A DNA stretch of 64,000 nt from Candidatus Aegiribacteria sp. (GCA_030600545.1 JAUVLV010000003.1:12186-76185), one strand, 5' to 3'. Shown: positions 27,585 through 37,394, counted from the first letter of the stretch. Program-made: numbers and translations. The notes: a model not told the origin generated them from the letters alone.

Positions 27585-30281
27585 TTAGTGTTGTGCCTTC
27601 ATCCAGTTACTGCCACTGCCGGTATCAACAACCAGGGGAACGTCCAGTTCAAAGGCTGATTCCATTTCATCCCTGATTATTCCGGAAACTTCATCGGCGG
27701 ATACCTCAGGTGCTTCTGCCACAAGCTCATCGTGTACCTGGAGGACAAGGCCGGCATTTATTTGCGAATGACGCAGCCTGCGGTCAACATTAAGCATAGC
27801 GATCTTAATAATATCCGCGGCGGATCCCTGAACCGTTGTATTTATCACCATGCGTTCCATCGAATTTCTTCTGGATCCCTTTGCTGATTTAAAACCCTTG
27901 AATTCACGTCTTCTTCCGAGAATTGTTCTGGTCTCTTCGTGTTCCTCGGCGTATTCGATACATCTGCTGAAAAATGTTTCGAGTTCAGTATAAGTATTGA
28001 GGTATCTGCTTATTATCCCAGATGCTTCCCCCCTGCTGATATTCAGCCTGTTGCTCAGTCCCCACGAGCTTATGCCGTAGAGTATTGAGAAATTAACCTC
28101 CTTTGCCTTTCTCCTGTGTTCGGGAGATGCATCACCGAAAAGAGCTTCAGCTGTGGAACTGTGGATATCCAGGTTCTGTTCGTAAGCTCTTCGCAGATTA
28201 CCCGGCCCGGCCATATGCGCCAGAATACGCAGTTCGATCTGGGAATAGTCAGCTGTAATAAGAACATGACTCTCTTTCCCGGCTGTGAAACACTTTCTCA
28301 CCTCGCGTCCCCTGCTCGTTCTTACCGGAATATTCTGAAGGTTGGGGCTGCTTGAACTCAATCTTCCCGTAGCTGTGACAGTCTGGCTGAAACTGGTATG
28401 TATCATGCCATCCTTCTCGCAGACATACTGCGGCAATTTTCTTATATAAGTGTTCAGAAGTTTTGATAATTCCCTGTGTTCGATGACAGTTTCAACAAAA
28501 CTGTGCTTCCCTCTGAGCTTTTCAAGAACCTCCATACTTGAGGAATTGGCCCCGCTTCCGGTCTTTCCCGCGGGAGTGAGACCGAGCCTGTTAAAGAGTG
28601 TATCGGAAACCTGCGAGGGACTGTTGAGATTGATGGGAAATCCGGCGGTTTTCACAGCTTTCGCTTCAAGTTCTCTGATAATATCGGAGAATTCAGTTTC
28701 CAGTATCTGGAGTGACTTGATATCAAGGCCGATCCCCCTTTTTTCCATATCCGAGATCACTTTAACCAGGGGAAGTTCAAGTGTATCATATATATTAAGC
28801 AGCCTGTCATCCTTCTCAAGCTCTTTTCTCAATATACTGTTCAGATTCAATGCAGCTGCAGAATCGCAGCAGCAGTACTCAGCGACTTTTTCTGTCTTTA
28901 CATCGGCCAGAGTTGAGGCGTTTCCCAGAATTTCACTGTAGTCGGTCATATTCCTTCCCAGCCAGGTCGAAGAAAGGTTAGAAAGAGAATGTGACCTGAT
29001 CTCAGGCCTGAGAAGATAATCCGCTATCATCGGGTCGCCTCTCATTCCTGATATTTCAAGACCCATGGATTCGAGAATATGAATGTCGTATTTTCCGTTC
29101 TGAGCCACAATCAGTTTATTACGAAGAAATGTTCTCAGAATTGTAACAACCTTATCTATCGAAAGAGCATCGGGACCTGAAAGCGGAATGTAGACTGCGC
29201 TGTCTTCAGATGTTGTCAGAGATATCCCGACAGGAACAGCCTGAAATGGAAACTTTGATGTGGTTTCGGTATCAAGTGCCAGAAGTTCACTCATGGAATG
29301 ATTAAGGCAATATTCTTCGAGCTCATTATAATTTCTAATGATGGTTGTTGAACACCATTCTGTGGAAGATGTATTCTCCAGGCCGCTGAATAGATCAGTT
29401 GCAGGGCTGATACCCAGCTTTTCCAGAATGCTCTGCATTCCAAGCGTAGTGAGCAACTCGGAAGCCACTTCCGTATCGGGAGGTTTCATTGAAAGGTCTT
29501 CAAGGGAAATATCCATTTTCTGCGCAGGTTTAAGGGATATGAGCTTTCTACTAAGAAGAACCATTTCTCTGCTGTTTTCAAGCTTTCTGCGAACAGGATC
29601 AGGTAATACATCGTTGATTGATTTGTAAATGCCGTCAATGCTGTGGAATTCATCCAGCAGTTTAATAGCGGTTTTCGGCCCTACGCCTTTTGCGCCGGGA
29701 ATATTGTCAGAAGAATCGCCTGTTAGCGACAGAAAATCCACGACCTGGTCAGCCCTTACACCCATGATACTTTTTACATCGTTCTTATTTACAATGATTT
29801 CCCGGCTGTTTCCAATGCCGGGTCGGATAATTGTCACACCGTCTTCAGCAAGCTGAAGAAGGTCCTTGTCCGAGGATAGAATTTCGACCGTATCACCTCT
29901 GGAAACAGCTTCCTGCGTCAGCCATGCTATGATATCATCTGCCTCAAGTCCTGCCTTCTCGAGAAGAGGGATTCCCAATGCAGGTATAAGTCTTCTGGCA
30001 TACTCAGACTGACTTCTGAGCTCATCCGGCATTGACGGACGGTTAGCTTTGTATTCGGGATACATCTCCGCGCGAAAGGTTGGTGACGGGTGATCGAATA
30101 CAGCAACAATAATAATATCGGGTGAACGGGATTCCCTGTGGTCAATAATTTCTCTGACAAGGTGAAAAAGACCACTTGTATTGGTTCCATCCTTTGCCCG
30201 CAGAGGATTCCGCAGCATCGCGAAATATCCTCTATAGAGAAGCGCATGGCTATCTATGAGAAGATATTCTTTTTTAGACAT
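27585..30281 (-). CDS. polA: DNA polymerase I
   Basis: There is a 5'-3' exonuclease N-terminus (LLIDSHALLYRGYFA), a 3'-5' exonuclease-like middle domain, and the polymerase motifs RRKAKEVNFSILYG and VLQVHDELV. Confidence 0.9.
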   Translation of the reverse strand: MSKKEYLLIDSHALLYRGYFAMLRNPLRAKDGTNTSGLFHLVREIIDHRESRSPDIIIVAVFDHPSPTFRAEMYPEYKANRPSMPDELRSQSEYARRLIPALGIPLLEKAGLEADDIIAWLTQEAVSRGDTVEILSSDKDLLQLAEDGVTIIRPGIGNSREIIVNKNDVKSIMGVRADQVVDFLSLTGDSSDNIPGAKGVGPKTAIKLLDEFHSIDGIYKSINDVLPDPVRRKLENSREMVLLSRKLISLKPAQKMDISLEDLSMKPPDTEVASELLTTLGMQSILEKLGISPATDLFSGLENTSSTEWCSTTIIRNYNELEEYCLNHSMSELLALDTETTSKFPFQAVPVGISLTTSEDSAVYIPLSGPDALSIDKVVTILRTFLRNKLIVAQNGKYDIHILESMGLEISGMRGDPMIADYLLRPEIRSHSLSNLSSTWLGRNMTDYSEILGNASTLADVKTEKVAEYCCCDSAAALNLNSILRKELEKDDRLLNIYDTLELPLVKVISDMEKRGIGLDIKSLQILETEFSDIIRELEAKAVKTAGFPINLNSPSQVSDTLFNRLGLTPAGKTGSGANSSSMEVLEKLRGKHSFVETVIEHRELSKLLNTYIRKLPQYVCEKDGMIHTSFSQTVTATGRLSSSSPNLQNIPVRTSRGREVRKCFTAGKESHVLITADYSQIELRILAHMAGPGNLRRAYEQNLDIHSSTAEALFGDASPEHRRKAKEVNFSILYGISSWGLSNRLNISRGEASGIISRYLNTYTELETFFSRCIEYAEEHEETRTILGRRREFKGFKSAKGSRRNSMERMVINTTVQGSAADIIKIAMLNVDRRLRHSQINAGLVLQVHDELVAEAPEVSADEVSGIIRDEMESAFELDVPLVVDTGSGSNWMKAQH

Positions 30282-30795
30282 CTGAAATTTCAGCTTTTTT
30301 CATAAGTCTCTCGCAAGCTGCAAGAACTGCCTCGGTAGAAATATCGTTCAGGCATTCAGGGATTCCATAGGGACAGTTACGTTTAAAGCATGGTGAACAT
30401 ACACGATCAGATTTAACTGTTTCAGTGAAATTGCCCATTGGAGCTGTCCATACAGGCGAGCTTGAACCGAATACAGTAACTGTTGGTATCCCGAGCGCAG
30501 CTGAGACATGCACTCCTCCGGAATCGTTTCCAACCGTCAGAACAGCTGAAAGCAGATGCGAGACAAGTCCAGGAAGCGTTAGATCGGTTCTGACATCAGC
30601 ACAGGGTACTTCGGACGAAATAGCATGTAGAGCTGCCTCTTCCTCCCTGGAACCGTAGAAAACGGGAATAAGCCCCGATACCCCTGGGTGGCTCCATAAA
30701 CTCATCTGTGGGTATTCTTCCGCAAGCAATGAGATCGCAGGAAGAGACATGACAAGATCACCGAGCCAGTTGGGTGTTCTGACGACCAGGCTCAA
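30274..30795 (-). CDS. Truncated GT9 (heptosyltransferase-family)-like protein
   Basis: The N-terminal RTPNWLGDLVMSLPAI and the C-terminal VGNDSGGVHVSAALGIPTVTVFGSS GT9 motifs are separated by only ~70 aa. The whole protein is 173 aa. Confidence 0.5.
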   Translation of the reverse strand: MSLVVRTPNWLGDLVMSLPAISLLAEEYPQMSLWSHPGVSGLIPVFYGSREEEAALHAISSEVPCADVRTDLTLPGLVSHLLSAVLTVGNDSGGVHVSAALGIPTVTVFGSSSPVWTAPMGNFTETVKSDRVCSPCFKRNCPYGIPECLNDISTEAVLAACERLMKKAEISDV

Positions 30796-30796
30796 A

Positions 30797-31723
30797 TTAC
30801 CATCCTTTTTTCAGAAGTTTGATCCATGCCTTAATGAAATCACTTTCATTCGATGCTGGTTTGATATCTGTCCATTTGATGAAACTGTTGGATTTATCCA
30901 GACCAACAGCGGGTATGCTGAAAGCGCATGCATCTCCCCAGAGATCGTCCGAATCGGTTAACACAGCGGATGCGTCGGCGATAATAGCTGTTTTCGTATA
31001 TCTATCCATCTCGCTGAATTCGCTATTCTTGCCTGAGAGTAGAATCGTACGCAGAGGTATTTCAGCCCTGCTCTTCTCAAGAATTGATATCGCTGAGGAT
31101 GTAGTGACTATATACGGCAGCATCCTTCCCGAAACCGGAGCCATAATTCTTTCCGCTGCCTTTTCTAATTTAATTGTAAGTGAGGGTCTCCAATCTGTAT
31201 CGTATTTCATCCCTACAGCACTGCACATCTGTGAAAGAATATCGGGATAAACATCTGATTCAGTCTTTATTCTGAAATTAATGTATTGCGATGAAATTTT
31301 GAGAGGAGCCATCCTTACTCTGCAGGATGTGCGGTCGAATATCCTTTTCATTTCACTGCGAATGTTTGCGTATGGGTATACGAGAAGAGTTTTGTCGGAG
31401 AAAGACTTACCTTTTATCGTATCAGGTATATCGGGATGTCTTGCATACGAATGAACTGAGGGTCGAATACGCAGCACGTTGAAAAGTCTGTTGTCCCTGC
31501 TGCTGCAGATGACCGTAAGTTTTTTATCAGGGAATTCTCTCTGAAGTGTATTCGCCATATATACAGCCGGCCAGATATCCGATTCTACAGTTCCTGCGAT
31601 AAGCAGAAAACCATCCGGATTAAGCAGATCATCGGGCAGGTGAATGATCCTGCTGTTCAGCTTTCTTGTGCCTGGCGATTTTCTTAATGTTTTTCTTAAC
31701 AGTTTTTCCAGTGCAAGTTTCAT
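30797..31723 (-). CDS. Divergent GT9-like (heptosyltransferase family) protein
   Basis: Weak GT9 N-terminal (LLIAGTVESDIWPAV) and C-terminal (AIIADASAVLTDSDDLWGDACAFSIPAVGL) patterns, in a 308-aa protein. Confidence 0.4.
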   Translation of the reverse strand: MKLALEKLLRKTLRKSPGTRKLNSRIIHLPDDLLNPDGFLLIAGTVESDIWPAVYMANTLQREFPDKKLTVICSSRDNRLFNVLRIRPSVHSYARHPDIPDTIKGKSFSDKTLLVYPYANIRSEMKRIFDRTSCRVRMAPLKISSQYINFRIKTESDVYPDILSQMCSAVGMKYDTDWRPSLTIKLEKAAERIMAPVSGRMLPYIVTTSSAISILEKSRAEIPLRTILLSGKNSEFSEMDRYTKTAIIADASAVLTDSDDLWGDACAFSIPAVGLDKSNSFIKWTDIKPASNESDFIKAWIKLLKKGW

Positions 31724-32400
31724 TCCAGATTCTCCAGGAGTGTTGCAGCATAATACTTTACAATTGAAGTGTATTGATCTCCCCCGTAAAGCGACTGCAG
31801 TATGGACATGGCCTCTCCGAACCTGTTCTGCTCGTGAAGGCTCATGGCAAGGGAGATCAGTGGTAAACCTTCTCCTGGAAAATTGCCGGCAAGAAACACA
31901 GCTATATCCTCAGCTTCTTCGTATCTGCCCGTTTGCACCAAAGCAAAACTCAGATCAAGCGCGGAATAGAACCGCTGTCTGGCCGAAGCCGCCAGGTCAA
32001 TGGAGAGCCTGAAGTATTCAGCTGCACTGTTTCCATCGCCCCTGAACTGGGCGGCAAGCCCCTTTGCCCTGTTCTCCAGCCAACGGCTTCCCTGAATTGA
32101 ATCCAGTGCCATACAGGCGAATTCAGAAAGTCCGCAGCTCCAGCTCAATCGCGCATACCAGAAATCAAAGCAGGAGGATTCAATGGGAAAATACTCAAGC
32201 TGCAATATAAGATCAAAAGCATGAGTATTGCTACCTGAGTAAAGGGCTTCCTCAAGGAATCCTCTGAGGATTCTCGCTTCTCCTGTGATATCGTTATCTT
32301 CGTAATATGCACATCCTGCCTCAACAAAATCACCGGCTAGTTCCAGTTCTGTTCCTGATGAAAGGAACAGTGAAAACAAAAGAAAATAATTAATAAACAT
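31720..32400 (-). CDS. Secreted TPR-like repeat protein
   Basis: Signal peptide MFINYFLLFSLFLSSG, with helical repeat content. Confidence 0.4.
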   Translation of the reverse strand: MFINYFLLFSLFLSSGTELELAGDFVEAGCAYYEDNDITGEARILRGFLEEALYSGSNTHAFDLILQLEYFPIESSCFDFWYARLSWSCGLSEFACMALDSIQGSRWLENRAKGLAAQFRGDGNSAAEYFRLSIDLAASARQRFYSALDLSFALVQTGRYEEAEDIAVFLAGNFPGEGLPLISLAMSLHEQNRFGEAMSILQSLYGGDQYTSIVKYYAATLLENLE

Positions 32401-32403
32401 CGT

Positions 32404-33093
32404 TTACTCCAGAAATCGTGAAAGCATTCTTTTAAGAAGACGAAGATAACTGAGAAGGCCGGTAAAAGCTGAAAGCAGCGCTATTATTGTAAGTGGAGTG
32501 TGAAGGGACTGGAATATGTGTTTCTGAGGAAACGTAAGCCTTCCGGTAGCTGTTATCAGAAGAAGATAACTGAAGAGTACCGCGAGACGCTCGCCTGTAG
32601 TGATGGTTACAACAGGAATATGAATACTCCAGGATATAGCCGCAAGCGAAAATAGCAGAAGAAGGTGATATCCGACCAGTATGCTGGCTGCCACAGTATC
32701 AATAGCGCCGAGAGAGAAGGATACCGCTATCAGTGAAACAGAAAGGAAAAGCTTGTCAGCTGTGAAATCCATGACCTTTCCGGGATAGGAAGCTTTCTTC
32801 AGCCTTCTTGCAAGCCATCCGTCAAAGTAATCTGAAACAGCGCACACAAGGATGACCCAGAAAAGAATATCAAGGGACAATGAGCCGTAGACTATAAGAA
32901 TAACTATCCCTGCTCCGAGAAATCGTAACCATGATATCGCCGCGGGGAGAATTGCAAAACTGCCTGCTATCTGTTGTGCTTTTTCCTGGATTTCCCTATT
33001 CAGCTGTCTCAGAAAAGTCCTGCCTTTTTCTTTTGCGAAATCAGCGTTCATCGATGGCTCTCTCTCTGGAACCTGCAACAAACAGGCTGTCAA
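32404..33093 (-). CDS. CDP-alcohol phosphatidyltransferase family protein
   Basis: The signature DYFDGWLARRLKKASYPGKVMDFTADKL (D-G-x2-A-R-x8-G-x3-D-x3-D) is present, with several TM helices. Confidence 0.75.
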   Translation of the reverse strand: MTACLLQVPEREPSMNADFAKEKGRTFLRQLNREIQEKAQQIAGSFAILPAAISWLRFLGAGIVILIVYGSLSLDILFWVILVCAVSDYFDGWLARRLKKASYPGKVMDFTADKLFLSVSLIAVSFSLGAIDTVAASILVGYHLLLLFSLAAISWSIHIPVVTITTGERLAVLFSYLLLITATGRLTFPQKHIFQSLHTPLTIIALLSAFTGLLSYLRLLKRMLSRFLE

Positions 33094-33508
33094 GTGATTT
33101 CATTCCGATCCAGTTTCTTTCCCAGTGAAATGCTGCAGGGAAAAAGTCATTCGAAAGAAGTTCAAGATCATTGTATCCGACAAGAAGGTCAGGATGAAAA
33201 CATCCGTCCTGAGAGGTATTCATCCATCCCATATGAAGGATTGCTGTAAGTGTTGAGGCGTAAGCGTCATTTTCAATGTCCGGAGGAATGCCGATATCTA
33301 TGGATATGACGTTGTACAGATCGAAGCGGCCGTACCATGAAAGAGCTATTCCAAGATCCCTTCTTGTAACAGGTATTATCTTGCCTCTGTTCTCCATCCA
33401 TATTTCAGCATCGTTAATTCTGCCGGATGCCACGAGAAGACGCACCAGAGGTATCAATGCTCTCCTGTCGGCATTTTTAAGCTGCTGCAGCAGTGATATC
33501 TCGTCCAT
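33041..33508 (-). CDS. Hypothetical protein; start uncertain (the upstream part of the ORF in the track is the tRNA gene)
   Basis: The in-frame region downstream of tRNA-Gly has a hydrophobic stretch but no ATG until 33506-33508. It overlaps the next gene by 52 nt. Confidence 0.3.
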   Translation of the reverse strand: MDEISLLQQLKNADRRALIPLVRLLVASGRINDAEIWMENRGKIIPVTRRDLGIALSWYGRFDLYNVISIDIGIPPDIENDAYASTLTAILHMGWMNTSQDGCFHPDLLVGYNDLELLSNDFFPAAFHWERNWIGMKSLDSLFVAGSRERAIDER

Positions 33509-33627
33509 GGTGTACGAAGTACCCAGAACTCCGTCTCCCGAAACTTCAAGCCAGTAATTCTGTTGACTTGAAGTTGAAGCTGTAAGAAGCGAACTGTATA
33601 GAAGAAGTACAGCGGCCAGTAAAATAA

Positions 33628-33703
33628 TGGAGCGGGTAACGGGGATCGAACCCGCGACATTCAGCTTGGGAAGCTGACACTCTGCCAACTGAGTTATACC
33701 CGC
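33628..33703 (-). tRNA. tRNA-Gly (anticodon CCC)
   Basis: Folded by hand. Acceptor stem GCGGGTA/TACCCGC. D-arm ACTC-AGTTGGCA-GAGT. Anticodon stem TCAGC/GCTGA with loop TTCCCAA. Variable loop of 5 nt. T-arm GCGGG-TTCGATC-CCCGT. Discriminator U followed by an encoded CCA. It matches the bacterial tRNA-Gly consensus. Confidence 0.85.
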
Positions 33704-33729
33704 TCCTTCCTTCGGAGATGAATATGGTT

Positions 33730-34563
33730 TCATAATGCTGCCGTCAAGCTTTCATTCAGGGGGTTTTCCAGAATGCCGGAGTATACTGTTCTTGCCTCAC
33801 CCTGAAGCCACCAGCCATGGCTGTCCTTTCCCACTTTGAGTGTTCTCCCGCTTCTTACGGTAATATTGACTGGAAGTTCCATTTCATGGATACTGACGGC
33901 ACAGATTGCCGAGGCTACCGCTCCGGTTCCGCAGGCAAGGGTTTCTCCCTCAACACCCCTTTCCCAGGTTCGCATTGAAAGTTTCGATTTACCGGTTATC
34001 CATGCGAAATCAACATTGGCACCCTCTTTTCCGAAGAGGATGTGCTTTCTGAGTTCAGGGGCTAATTCTGCAAAGGGGAGTTCTTCGGGTCCATCGAACA
34101 TGACAACAGCATGAGGGACACCTGTATTCAGAAATGACAATCGTAAACTGACAGAGTCTATATCAATGCTTCGATCGAAGTAGTGTACTTCCGGAGTAGT
34201 CATCCATAATCTGACACTGTCCTGTCCGGTTATTTCAGCTGAATGAATTCCTGCATCGCTTCTGAAATGGAAAATCCCTCTATCTGGCACGATGCCTGCT
34301 GAAGCTGCGTATCCAGCGATGCATCTTCCGCCGTTTCCACACATTTCAGCAGCTTTTCCATCATTGTTATAGAATTTCATGTGAAACGCGTATTCAGTAT
34401 CATCTTTAAGTTCCAGGAGACCATCGGCTCCTACGGATAAACCTCTTACGCACAGGCTTCGGATAAAGTCAGGGGTTATGATATCGTCAAGAGATGAATC
34501 CATGTTATCAAGAACTATGAAATCATTCCCTGCGCCACTCATTTTTACGAATTTCTGTTTCAT
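33730..34563 (-). CDS. dapF: Diaminopimelate epimerase
   Basis: MSGAGNDFIVLD, the CGNGGRC catalytic Cys region and a second Cys motif GTGAVAS are present. Confidence 0.85.
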   Translation of the reverse strand: MKQKFVKMSGAGNDFIVLDNMDSSLDDIITPDFIRSLCVRGLSVGADGLLELKDDTEYAFHMKFYNNDGKAAEMCGNGGRCIAGYAASAGIVPDRGIFHFRSDAGIHSAEITGQDSVRLWMTTPEVHYFDRSIDIDSVSLRLSFLNTGVPHAVVMFDGPEELPFAELAPELRKHILFGKEGANVDFAWITGKSKLSMRTWERGVEGETLACGTGAVASAICAVSIHEMELPVNITVRSGRTLKVGKDSHGWWLQGEARTVYSGILENPLNESLTAAL

Positions 34564-36767
34564 TCCGCTCCCCTGTCGGTAATCATCTGTAATTCTGCCG
34601 CCGCCTGAGTATTTCCTGGATCTTCTTCAAGAAGAAGCTTGTATTCGGTTTCAGCTTCCCTGAACTTCCCTTCCGAAGCGAACAGTCTTGCAAGAAGAAG
34701 CCTTAATTCAGGTCTTTCACCGCACCAGAAGGTAAATGTCTCGATGTCTTCAGCAAGATTATCGAGATCATAGCTGCCCTGAATATACAACTGAACAAGA
34801 TCGTTGAGCATCTGCTCCGTAACATTCTGCGGGCCGCCTCCGGATACACCGAGAAGAAGAGCTCCGGAAAGCATATCCGGATCATTCATCTCGATACCTT
34901 TGTCAGCAAGGTATCCCGAAGCTGCGCTGGGATCTGAGAGAAGGCTCCTGGCGGAATCGTAACCGTTGTAACAGTGCCTGTAACGATCAACGAAAAGAAA
35001 GCGTCTTGGCACAGGTTCCGCATTTTCTTCTCCCAATCTGAAAACGCGAAGAGATGAGCCCTGAAAAACAAGTGTCAATGAGTCAAGTATCTCCGGATTG
35101 TAGTGCATCAAAAGAGCTACAGCATCGCCGGGCACTTCCTCAAGGCCTGCCAGATACAAAAGGCCTGAAAAGCTGTCATCCAGAAGAAAATCAGCCTGAT
35201 ATACAACAAGTTCGCATTCTTTTTCTCTCATGAATGCTGTAAGACTGTCCTCCGGCATGAACATGGTTCGTGCGAATCTGACGATGTTTCTTCTGTTGCT
35301 TCTGTTTTCAAAGAATGTATGCGTAACGACGGGTCGGTTCGAATAAGCGGAAACGAGTCCGGAAATATGCCAGAAACTGAGCACGGCCTCATCGGTATCG
35401 GTTTCTCTTTGCATCCAATGCAGAAATGAATCGAGTTCGCTGTCGTTAAGTAATGATGATGTATTCCTGTACTGAAGACCGGTTTTCGATACTATCTCAG
35501 CAACATTCCCGGGGAAAACCGACTGCAGAAGTATTAACGCAACAGCTGGGATGAAAAACCATGTTTTGCGGAGTGATAGTGTAATTACCGGGATAAGCGC
35601 GATTGCCAGAAGTACAAGAAGCCTGTCAAAGAAGAGGTAACCTGCCAGTGAAAGAAACAGGAACCAGAATATCAGTCTGCCTTTCTTCTCCCTGAAAAAT
35701 GCTGGCATTCCCGGCAATGTAACAGCAAGAGGAATACCGAAAATAAGCAGGAACTGCGCAGGTGTAGGGCTGGTGTATCCGGGAACCCAGAACAGCCTTG
35801 CGTCACTGGAAAGCAGTGATGGATCGGAAGGATGTGAGAACATGAAACGGATCTTCGCTGTAATCACTGCTGCAACATGTCCGCTGGAACCGGATCCCGC
35901 GAGTGTTGAAAGAAAAGCTAGAAGAGTTCCGCCGATCGGTATCCAGACGCTTTTGAAGCGTGGAAGAACAAGAAGTATGGCCATTACTGTTGATGGGCTT
36001 AGAATTGCTCCGTCATGCCTCATATGGGAAAGAAAAACTGCGGCTGCAATCTGTGCGGAAGCAAATGATATCCGGAGAGAAAAAGGGACATCACCCTTTC
36101 TGTAATTTCTCCAGAAAAGGTAAAGAAGAAGAAAAAATACGATGAAGGCGGATACTTTCCATGCCGCAAGGGTAAGAAATAGAACCAATCCTGCGAAGAT
36201 TGATGCAGTGAGTGTTTGCCTGTCAGTTGTTCCTTCCTTCTGATTGTCTGACAGAGTTTTTTCGGTAAGCCAGGCAAGTGTAATCAGAAGCGGAAGCGCA
36301 ACCGTTTCTCTGTAGAATGATTCCCCTCTTGCTCTTAAAAGCGCTGGAAACAGAAACGCGTAAATGGATGAGCCCACCAGAGCGAATCGAAGGCTGTAAT
36401 CGGCAGAACGCATCCACAGGTATAGCGCAGGAATTGTGAGAAGAGGGAAAAGAAAACAGAAGTATTTAATGAAGTCATCAAAATCTCCACCAATTATACT
36501 GTGAATACTTCCGGCCAGATATTCCTCAAAAATGGAATTTTCGGATGTATTCATACCTTCAGGATGCATCACAAGAGTATCGATGTGCGGGATGCTGAGC
36601 TTTTCAGATACCATTTTTGCATATCTGTAAGACTGGGTTGTTTCGGTCTGCATCCTGGCAGATGGCGGCATGACCTTTTCCGCAAACCACGTTCTAAAAA
36701 GGAAACCTGCAGCAATTGCTGCAAGTAAAGCTGAAATGACCAGCATTTTCTTAATTCCATTGGTCAT
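34560..36767 (-). CDS. Large polytopic membrane protein with C-terminal TPR repeats (GT-C/ArnT-PMT-like architecture)
   Basis: About 500 aa with many TM helices, followed by a soluble TPR region (LLARLFASEGKFREAETEYKLLLEEDPGNTQAAAELQ). Confidence 0.55.
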   Translation of the reverse strand: MTNGIKKMLVISALLAAIAAGFLFRTWFAEKVMPPSARMQTETTQSYRYAKMVSEKLSIPHIDTLVMHPEGMNTSENSIFEEYLAGSIHSIIGGDFDDFIKYFCFLFPLLTIPALYLWMRSADYSLRFALVGSSIYAFLFPALLRARGESFYRETVALPLLITLAWLTEKTLSDNQKEGTTDRQTLTASIFAGLVLFLTLAAWKVSAFIVFFLLLYLFWRNYRKGDVPFSLRISFASAQIAAAVFLSHMRHDGAILSPSTVMAILLVLPRFKSVWIPIGGTLLAFLSTLAGSGSSGHVAAVITAKIRFMFSHPSDPSLLSSDARLFWVPGYTSPTPAQFLLIFGIPLAVTLPGMPAFFREKKGRLIFWFLFLSLAGYLFFDRLLVLLAIALIPVITLSLRKTWFFIPAVALILLQSVFPGNVAEIVSKTGLQYRNTSSLLNDSELDSFLHWMQRETDTDEAVLSFWHISGLVSAYSNRPVVTHTFFENRSNRRNIVRFARTMFMPEDSLTAFMREKECELVVYQADFLLDDSFSGLLYLAGLEEVPGDAVALLMHYNPEILDSLTLVFQGSSLRVFRLGEENAEPVPRRFLFVDRYRHCYNGYDSARSLLSDPSAASGYLADKGIEMNDPDMLSGALLLGVSGGGPQNVTEQMLNDLVQLYIQGSYDLDNLAEDIETFTFWCGERPELRLLLARLFASEGKFREAETEYKLLLEEDPGNTQAAAELQMITDRGAE

Positions 36768-36812
36768 TATTCAGAAGGTTCTTTCGTGCGTAAGGGAGCT
36801 TGCCCTTCGCCT

Positions 36813-37394
36813 TCAGGACAGGAGGCCAGAATGTTGCTTTGCTATTATGGTTGACATCAGCTTCAGTGTTTCCAGAGGGCCTGAACCTCCAATGGCAACA
36901 GATTCTATATTTGGCCATTCGTACCGATTCAGAAGCATCGCCATGTGTTCAGCAGTTGCGATCGAAGGAAGATCGCGCTTGTTGAACTGCAGTACGGTCG
37001 GGATTGCTGAAAGCTCCAGTCCGTAAGATTCAAGGTTGTTCTCGAGATCTTCGATACTGTCAAGATTCGCATCCATGCGTTCAGTCTGGCTGTCTGCTAC
37101 AAATACGAGCCCATCAACCCCGTCGAGTATCACCCTCCTGCTGAGAGAATAATAGGCCTGTCCGGGAACCGAATAGAGGTGAAGTCTTACTCTGTCATTC
37201 CCGATTGAGGCAAAATTAACTGGAAGAAAGTCAAAGAAGACCGTTCGCTCACCCCTGGTGCAGAGTGTTACAAGTCTCCCGCGGTGTTCGGGTCCGATGA
37301 TGTCTCTGATTCTTCTAAGGTTAGTGGTTTTTCCTGAAAGACCAGGTCCGTAGTACACGATTTTATACGCTACCTCATTGACAGATCGATGCAT
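36813..37394 (-). CDS. mglA: MglA-family Ras-like small GTPase (paralog 1)
   Basis: P-loop KIVYYGPGLSGKTTNL, the intrinsic Arg finger context ERTVFFDFLP, switch II LYSVPGQ (the MglA-specific T/SVPGQ in place of DxxGQ), and NKRD are all present. Confidence 0.8.
   Translation of the reverse strand: MHRSVNEVAYKIVYYGPGLSGKTTNLRRIRDIIGPEHRGRLVTLCTRGERTVFFDFLPVNFASIGNDRVRLHLYSVPGQAYYSLSRRVILDGVDGLVFVADSQTERMDANLDSIEDLENNLESYGLELSAIPTVLQFNKRDLPSIATAEHMAMLLNRYEWPNIESVAIGGSGPLETLKLMSTIIAKQHSGLLS

Noticed and set aside
28450-28941. 163-aa plus-strand ORF inside polA
   Set aside because: It is an antisense artefact of the long polA frame.
33628-33733. N-terminal 35 residues of the 230-aa ORF
   Set aside because: This segment is the translated tRNA-Gly(CCC) gene, not coding sequence.
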